From positions 1-40,462 of IMG/VR virus record IMGVR_UViG_3300042389_001102: DNA of 40,462 nt; one strand, written 5' to 3'. The notes beneath the pieces were generated by a model that saw only the letters and a list, made by a program, of their open reading frames with translations, did no database searches and had not been told where the DNA came from. Origin of the DNA: a virus (taxonomy: Duplodnaviria > Caudoviricetes). The translations under genes were made by a program, and so were the position numbers. Positions 35,710 to 40,462 of the stretch are shown here, piece after piece (within the stretch, counting starts at the first letter, position 1; each line of letters opens with the position of its first letter).

Positions 35710-35967
35710 CTAGCCGTTACCGTAATTGTCGCCATAGCCAAAGCCATTACCATCATAACCATAACCATAGCCACAGCCATCGCCATTACCGTTACCATCG
35801 TTACCATAACCGTTACCATAACCGTCACCATCGTCACCATAACCGTCACCATAACCGTCACCATCGTCACCATAACCGCAGCCGCAGCCGCAGCCGTTGC
35901 CGTTGCCGTTGCCATCGTTGCCGTAGGAATTTTGATTTAACTCAAAATTTATAGTACGTTTAGCCAT
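35710..35967 (-). CDS. Leader + (Gly-X)n protein, unit B (85 aa)
   Basis: MAKRTINFELNQNSY + Asn/Asp-rich core. Confidence 0.7.
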   Translation of the reverse strand: MAKRTINFELNQNSYGNDGNGNGNGCGCGCGYGDDGDGYGDGYGDDGDGYGNGYGNDGNGNGDGCGYGYGYDGNGFGYGDNYGNG

Positions 35968-35971
35968 TTTA

Positions 35972-36247
35972 CTAGCCGTTACCATTGACGTAGCCATAGC
36001 CTGAGCCATAGCCTGAGCCATCACCGCAGCCATAATAGCCACAACCACAATTATCACCATAGCCATCGCCATGGCCATCGCCGTAGCTTAAGCCATAGCC
36101 TGAGCCATAGCCTGAGCCAAAGCCTGAGCCATCGCCATAGCCTGAACCATTGCCATAGCCTGAGCCATAACCTGAGCCAAAGCCATCGCCATAGCCCTTG
36201 TCGTAGGAATTTTGATTCACCTCAAAATTTATAGTACGTTTAGCCAT
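35972..36247 (-). CDS. Leader + (Gly-X)n protein, unit A (91 aa)
   Basis: MAKRTINFEVNQNSY + Ser/Tyr-rich core; overlaps the upstream gene by 19 nt. Confidence 0.75.
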   Translation of the reverse strand: MAKRTINFEVNQNSYDKGYGDGFGSGYGSGYGNGSGYGDGSGFGSGYGSGYGLSYGDGHGDGYGDNCGCGYYGCGDGSGYGSGYGYVNGNG

Positions 36248-36549
36248 TTCGATTCCTCGACTGATAAGGTGAAAACAACTGTTAAGTAATCAAATTCAAC
36301 GAGTCCGTTACATTTATCCAATTTTGTATTTGTTAAAGGGCCATTTTGTGCAAGCTCTCCAAGCCCCCTTGAAGTGCCCCAAGATCTAATAACCGAGGCA
36401 TTGTGCAATTTGCACTCAGAGCCATCTCTTTCAAATCGCCCAATCAGAACGTGCCCTCTTTGCAAAACGCAAATTTTAATATCTCCAGTGGCTTCTGTTG
36501 GTGGATTTTTGTAATACACTTCGCCATTTATTGTTATTGATTCGTTCAT
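36229..36549 (-). CDS. Conserved small beta-rich phage protein (DUF6948-like, possibly Sm-like fold)
   Basis: ICVLQRGHVLIG...L.NASVIRSWGT..GLGELA.NGP...TKLD motif; GAGGT RBS. Confidence 0.65.
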   Translation of the reverse strand: MNESITINGEVYYKNPPTEATGDIKICVLQRGHVLIGRFERDGSECKLHNASVIRSWGTSRGLGELAQNGPLTNTKLDKCNGLVEFDYLTVVFTLSVEESKWLNVL

Positions 36550-36553
36550 TGTG

Positions 36554-36712
36554 CTACCTCTTAATTGTTAGTGTGTTTAATACGTCTCTTTGTCTCTCCA
36601 AATTACTTGCTAGGTATTTAGCGTAATGCTCTGGAATCTTAAATTTAGCAGCGTTTGCTTCGAGCCATTTAATTGTTTCTTCAATCGCTAAAAATTCTTC
36701 TTCTGGTGTCAT
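36554..36712 (-). CDS. 52-aa hypothetical protein (not in ORF track)
   Basis: MTPEEEFLAIEETIKWLE...; AAGGGA RBS. Confidence 0.55.
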   Translation of the reverse strand: MTPEEEFLAIEETIKWLEANAAKFKIPEHYAKYLASNLERQRDVLNTLTIKR

Positions 36713-36804
36713 TGCAATCCCTTTACAAATAAGTCAACTTGCAGGAATCCAAAAAAAGCAACAAGTAGCAATCCGCTTAATGCTAAATAGTAAATATTTT
36801 TCAT
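36709..36804 (-). CDS. 31-aa membrane peptide (not in ORF track)
   Basis: MKNIYYLALSGLLLVAFFGFLQVDLFVKGLQ; AGGAG RBS, ATGA overlaps at both ends. Confidence 0.5.
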   Translation of the reverse strand: MKNIYYLALSGLLLVAFFGFLQVDLFVKGLQ

Positions 36805-37106
36805 TTAGACATACTCCTGTTCTTAATCAGCTCATAATTGAGGTCTATGCGTTCTTGCAAAATTGCTTCTGCTTCTTTTTCGTGGTCGTGCTTAAGAGCA
36901 AATTGATAACGTTGATCGTAATGAAGTTCGCAAATAGATTCCTTTTCGGCTCGCTCTAGCCAGTCAATATCTTCCTCAACCTGATTGCGGTTGCTAATGA
37001 TTTCTCGGCGTTCGAAATCAGAGAGGAATCTGTCTTTCAACTGATTATCTAAGCAGCTGAAACGGCTGTTTAGGAACTCTATCTTTTTAGTTAGTGTACT
37101 ATTCAT
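36801..37106 (-). CDS. Hypothetical protein, first gene of the leftward operon
   Basis: 101-aa ORF behind a structured leader. Confidence 0.7.
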   Translation of the reverse strand: MNSTLTKKIEFLNSRFSCLDNQLKDRFLSDFERREIISNRNQVEEDIDWLERAEKESICELHYDQRYQFALKHDHEKEAEAILQERIDLNYELIKNRSMSK

Positions 37107-37233
37107 GATCCTAATTTACCTTTGATTAGGGATTGATTTGTAAAGCGAATTAAGCTTTTTGCTAATTGCTTACAGAAGATATTAACCCAATTTCAAGATT
37201 AATGTAACCCTACTGTCAAACTTCTTTAGTTAA

Positions 37234-37434
37234 TTAATTCTCATTTTTCTTTTTGATTTTTCTTTTTAGTTTGACAAAATCTTCCACATCGTACCAACGA
37301 TCCACCCCTGCGCCTTTTATCTGTTCCCCTTTTGGAACAAGGTTATATTTTTCCCAGCGTATAACTTGCCTATTATCTACACCGAAATAATCCGCTATCT
37401 CTTTCCTCGAAACTTTGCTGTCTGGAATATACAT
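37234..37434 (-). CDS. MerR/Xis-like HTH regulator
   Basis: SRKEIADYFGVDNRQVIRWEK..LVP...RWYDVED. Confidence 0.8.
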   Translation of the reverse strand: MYIPDSKVSRKEIADYFGVDNRQVIRWEKYNLVPKGEQIKGAGVDRWYDVEDFVKLKRKIKKKNEN

Positions 37435-37449
37435 TTATTATTTATTTAC

Positions 37450-37487
37450 TGTCACTCAATTGACATAATACCCTAAATGTGTAAAAT
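37450..37487 (+). promoter_or_regulatory. Rightward sigma70 promoter overlapped by an inverted repeat
   Basis: TTGACA(37460)-N16-TAAAAT(37482); TGTCA-N6-TGACA at 37450-37465. Confidence 0.7.
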
Positions 37488-37511
37488 AGTAATAGAGATC
37501 AGGAGAAGCAA

Positions 37512-37700
37512 ATGAATAAAAAAATCGACAGGTTGCAAATTATAATTGATGCATACACGCCTGAACCCATTCGCGGGATAGGCAAGCTGGGCGAAGACTC
37601 ACAACAGCTCAAAGATTTGTATGAGATCCAAAAAATGGTTGAAAATTACCAAGACAGTCTGATTCACAAGTTTTACGAAAAATATCCAAATATTATTTAG
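37512..37700 (+). CDS. Hypothetical protein
   Basis: AGGAG RBS, first gene after the promoter. Confidence 0.65.
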   Translation: MNKKIDRLQIIIDAYTPEPIRGIGKLGEDSQQLKDLYEIQKMVENYQDSLIHKFYEKYPNII

Positions 37701-37703
37701 CAA

Positions 37704-37859
37704 ATGTATGAATTAGGACAACTTAGAGATTCGCAAACAATTCGCTTGATCCCCGCAAAGAAAAAGAGAATCAATTGGATTCCATATTTTCAAGCCGTTT
37801 TAGCCGCTTTTGTTTTGCTAGGTTTGGCGATGCTGTCGTTAATTAACGTAAATTTATGA
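37704..37859 (+). CDS. 51-aa membrane protein (not in ORF track)
   Basis: C-terminal hydrophobic helix; ATGA overlap with the next gene. Confidence 0.5.
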   Translation: MYELGQLRDSQTIRLIPAKKKRINWIPYFQAVLAAFVLLGLAMLSLINVNL

Positions 37860-38152
37860 AAAAATACTATATTTTAAATGACAATAAAGAGCCAGTAGAG
37901 GTGGACTGGGAGGAGTATTGTAAATTTTTGGACATCCTAGAAAACAAAATAGTCAAACAAGAAACAATTAACAATACAAAGATAAGCACGGTTTTTTTAG
38001 GACAAGACATAGGAAATGGCATTGGGGCACCAATTTTGTTCGAAACAATGTGTTTTGGAGACAAATTGGATGGCGATCAGTGGAGATATCAAACATTTGA
38101 TGAAGCTTTAAAAGGGCATCAAAAGGTGCTAGAAATGGTTACTGACTCTTAA
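37856..38152 (+). CDS. Conserved hypothetical phage protein
   Basis: ISTVFLG.D....PILFETM.FG...RY.T.DEAL.GH motif. Confidence 0.75.
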   Translation: MKKYYILNDNKEPVEVDWEEYCKFLDILENKIVKQETINNTKISTVFLGQDIGNGIGAPILFETMCFGDKLDGDQWRYQTFDEALKGHQKVLEMVTDS

Positions 38153-38159
38153 ATAAGAC

Positions 38160-38188
38160 TTGCAAGTTTTGTAATAATGTTTTATAAA
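38160..38188 (+). promoter_or_regulatory. Candidate promoter for the RNA element and replication genes
   Basis: TTGCAA-N17-TATAAA. Confidence 0.5.
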
Positions 38189-38199
38189 TAGAATTCTGC

Positions 38200-38260
38200 G
38201 GGATTTACAAATTAGGGATTGATCCCCCTGATTGCTGAGTATTTGCGGCACGTAGATCCC
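38200..38260 (+). ncRNA. Three-way-junction RNA, C4/CI antisense-like
   Basis: GGGATTTAC/GTAGATCCC closing stem; AATTAGGG/CCCTGATT and GCTG/CGGC hairpins with 8-nt loops; G-U pairs favour the + strand. Confidence 0.6.
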
Positions 38261-38300
38261 TTTCCATTACAAATACGACAAATATGAAAGGAAATAAATT

Positions 38301-39125
38301 TTGAGCAATAAAAAATACTTTTGGTTAAAACTAAACTCTGATTTCTTCGATCAGACTCATATTAAATATTTGAGAAAACTTCCTGACGGGGACAGGCTAG
38401 TAATCGTCTATTTGAAAATGCAATTGAAATCTTTAAAAAATGATGGAATTTTGTACTTTGAAGGAGTCTTAGAAGATTATATTACAGAGGTAGCGATGAG
38501 TATTGACGAGGAGGTAAACATAGTAACTTTATGCATCTCGGCATTGCAAAAAATGAAATTGATTGAACTTTTAGAAGGTAATAACGTATTTCTAATAGAG
38601 ACATTAAAAATTACGGGCAGAGAGTCTGAATCAGCCGAGAGAGTAAGGCAATACAGGTTAAATAAGGAAGATAAAGCGTTACAATGTAACAAGGATGTAA
38701 CGAAGTGTAACGGTGATGTAACAAAATGTAACACAGAGAAGAGAAGAGAAAGAGAAGAGAAAGAGTTAGATATAGAGAAGAGAAGAGAAGAGAAAGAACC
38801 GCTTTTAGAAAAAGCTAGCAAAACACGCTTTCAAATTCCAACAGAAAGCGATGTGATTCTATATTTACAAGGAGAGCTTTCTAGTAAGTATCAAAAGTTT
38901 AAGAATTTGCCTGCTTGCGAAAGTTTTTTTGAAAAATGGTTTTTCTACTACGAATCCAACGGTTGGAAAGTTGGAAGAAACCAAATGAAAGATTGGAAAG
39001 CAAGCATTCGGCAATGGCTTAGTAAAGATTACAGTGCTTCAAAAGAAGAAAAACTCGATGAATCTTCTTTTGAAAACTGGACTGATGAGCGAAAAAGAAT
39101 TTACAAAATACTTCAGGAGGCGTAA
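38301..39125 (+). CDS. Replication initiator (phage replisome organiser N-terminal domain)
   Basis: KYFWLKL..DFF...IKYLRKLPDG....YLKM; C-terminal YYESNGWKVG...MKDWKA; AAAGGA RBS, TTG start. Confidence 0.9.
   Translation: MSNKKYFWLKLNSDFFDQTHIKYLRKLPDGDRLVIVYLKMQLKSLKNDGILYFEGVLEDYITEVAMSIDEEVNIVTLCISALQKMKLIELLEGNNVFLIETLKITGRESESAERVRQYRLNKEDKALQCNKDVTKCNGDVTKCNTEKRREREEKELDIEKRREEKEPLLEKASKTRFQIPTESDVILYLQGELSSKYQKFKNLPACESFFEKWFFYYESNGWKVGRNQMKDWKASIRQWLSKDYSASKEEKLDESSFENWTDERKRIYKILQEA
38678..38797 (+). repeat. Iterons plus purine tract, probable replication origin
   Basis: TGTAAC at 38685, 38696, 38706, 38717, 38727 (10-11 bp period), an inverted copy at 38678, then AGAGA repeats. Confidence 0.8.
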
Positions 39126-39128
39126 AAA

Positions 39129-39671
39129 ATGATTACAGCAGAAGCATTAAAGCATCTATTGATGGTGTTAAAAGAAGCAAACTTACCAAATGCACCAAAA
39201 GAAATAAATGATTACGCTTTAGCCGCTTATCACATGTCTTTAGGGGATTACAGCGAAAAAGAAATTGCTACAGCAGTTAGAAAAATTCTAAAGAATCAAG
39301 CAGGGAGCGGGTTTTATCCTTCAGCCAGAGAATTACATGAAGTGATTTCGGGCATAAGCGAAACAAAGCAACTAACCCCACCAGTAGGAGAATTTAAATC
39401 TATTTGCAGGGGTTTATCGTGGAGTGGATTTTGCAATTATAATCATTCAGATAAAGCATTAGCTCAATGCATTAGGGATTTAGGAGAAGGTTTTGCAAAA
39501 AGTGAAATCTCTCAAGAGTCTTACTGGATAGACAAATTTACAAAATATTACGCTTCTCTCTCTGTCAGAGATTCTAAAACGCTAGCTCATCAACTAGAAC
39601 AAAGCAGAAAGCTTGAACTCACCGATTTAAACACTATAGCGAAAGGAATTTTAGAGCATGTCAAAAAATAA
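39129..39671 (+). CDS. Helicase loader/inhibitor-like protein (G39P/lambda P analogue)
   Basis: AYH..LGDY...EI..AV...FYPS..EL motif; follows the initiator. Confidence 0.65.
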   Translation: MITAEALKHLLMVLKEANLPNAPKEINDYALAAYHMSLGDYSEKEIATAVRKILKNQAGSGFYPSARELHEVISGISETKQLTPPVGEFKSICRGLSWSGFCNYNHSDKALAQCIRDLGEGFAKSEISQESYWIDKFTKYYASLSVRDSKTLAHQLEQSRKLELTDLNTIAKGILEHVKK

Positions 39672-39954
39672 TCATCACGTTTTGAGTGCATGGAATGAAA
39701 TATTTCCCATCCTTAAAAATAAACATCCAAACATTTTTAATGACTACACTGGAGCTCTTAAAGCTCTAGACTTCAAAGATTGGGAACTATTACAAAATTG
39801 GATGTATGTTAGATGGCGACAAATAGCGTTTAATGCAGGTGTGCCGATGGATGAATTAGATGTACACTCAGAAACGGATAGAAGAATGAAGATGTCCGAG
39901 CTCATCCAAAATTATTCTCATCCATTTCCAAAATTGGAGGCATTAGCAGCATGA
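39658..39954 (+). CDS. Hypothetical protein
   Basis: 98-aa overlapping ORF. Confidence 0.6.
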   Translation: MSKNNHHVLSAWNEIFPILKNKHPNIFNDYTGALKALDFKDWELLQNWMYVRWRQIAFNAGVPMDELDVHSETDRRMKMSELIQNYSHPFPKLEALAA

Positions 39955-40190
39955 AGAACACAGTAGTTAATCAAATTCTAGAATGTTATCAAGACGCTAT
40001 GTTTGATGTGTGTACAGGCATGGATGCAGCTCTAGCGGACGAGGAATGTAACGCACGCATAAAAAAGATTTATGAGCAAAATCCTGAATTTTTAAAACAA
40101 CCAAAAGGGGAAGAGCCAAAAATATCAATTGAAAACCCCGCAATTCTTGAAATCTTTCAACAATTAAAAAAGAAGAAGTTAGCATCATGA
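39951..40190 (+). CDS. Hypothetical protein
   Basis: GGAGG RBS, ATGA overlap. Confidence 0.65.
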   Translation: MKNTVVNQILECYQDAMFDVCTGMDAALADEECNARIKKIYEQNPEFLKQPKGEEPKISIENPAILEIFQQLKKKKLAS

Positions 40191-40309
40191 CCCAAGAAGG
40201 CCTCTTAAATCGCAAAGACTACACTTTACCCTCGGCAAACATTTACATAGCCAAGAAAAGCCAATGGCTTAAGGATAAATTGAATTCTTTGCAGAAAAGA
40301 ATTGGTTGA
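40187..40309 (+). CDS. 40-aa hypothetical peptide (not in ORF track)
   Basis: MTQEGLLNRKDY...LQKRIG; ATGA overlap. Confidence 0.35.
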   Translation: MTQEGLLNRKDYTLPSANIYIAKKSQWLKDKLNSLQKRIG

Positions 40310-40462
40310 GTGCGCTTTGTGCGTTTGTCACTATGCGATCTCCTTGATTGTTAGCCTAATTTTGTTTTTAAGATCTTGAAAATCAGTTGCTTTGATTTTT
40401 TTGATTTTTGCAATTAAAGATCTACAGCGAGATTTGCTATACATCTTAAAATCGGGGATGCC

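Larger units (their letters stand above)
35352..36247 (-). repeat. Four 46-bp leader repeats with ~280-290 bp period
   Basis: Copies at 35352-35397, 35641-35686, 35922-35967, 36202-36247. Confidence 0.95.

Noticed and set aside
35052-36078. Alternative-frame ORFs (His/Arg-rich 35052-35384 +, Thr/Val/Ile-rich 35689-35940 +, MAMAMV/ATATA frames on minus, and the N-terminal extensions to 35508 and 36078)
   Set aside because: These are expected shadows of GGY-NNN repeats that lack stops; only the Gly frame starts at the conserved leader in all four units.
35352-36247. CRISPR-like array (regular 46-bp repeats with variable intervals)
   Set aside because: Intervals are ~235 bp of low-complexity in-frame coding sequence, the repeats begin at ATG and are not palindromic, and there are no cas genes.
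36715-36731. Second possible antisense target (ATCCCTTTACAAATA resembling 38256-38275)
   Set aside because: It needs a 5-nt gap and is largely anti-Shine-Dalgarno plus AT-rich sequence, so chance is plausible.
40310-40462. Circular join supplying the TerL N-terminus or a TerS gene
   Set aside because: Joining the end to the start gives an in-frame TAA a few codons upstream and no new start; no terminal repeat or TerS-sized ORF is visible, so completeness cannot be claimed.
1-40462. Alternative genetic code or stop-codon recoding
   Set aside because: The standard code gives dense, long, coupled ORFs that end in all three stop codons.

Overview
Most or all of a ~40 kb tailed dsDNA phage genome with podovirus-like architecture. 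The rightward structural arm (1-29.4 kb) runs: TerL, portal, scaffold, capsid, adaptor, three ejection proteins including a 2190-aa polyvalent protein with ADP-ribosyltransferase and zincin domains, nozzle, fibre, an RcGTA-like head-spike module, a YkuD-like putative lysin, a Tad2-like protein and holin-like genes. A self-regulated leftward cassette interrupts it between portal and scaffold. A leftward accessory operon spans 29.7-37.4 kb, and a rightward replication module (37.5-40.3 kb) has an iteron-containing initiator and a helicase loader. No integrase, DNA polymerase, reverse transcriptase or clear TerS was seen. Most notable: (1) four tandem small genes with a near-invariant 15-aa leader and diversified (Gly-X)n cores, coupled to a conserved upstream gene; (2) a C4-like three-way-junction RNA before the initiator with a matching antisense target in the leader of the divergent operon; (3) an orphan structured RNA beside an internally deleted tRNA remnant; (4) several gene-junction duplications that record mosaic assembly. 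All family calls come from motif recognition by eye; no searches or folding programs were run.
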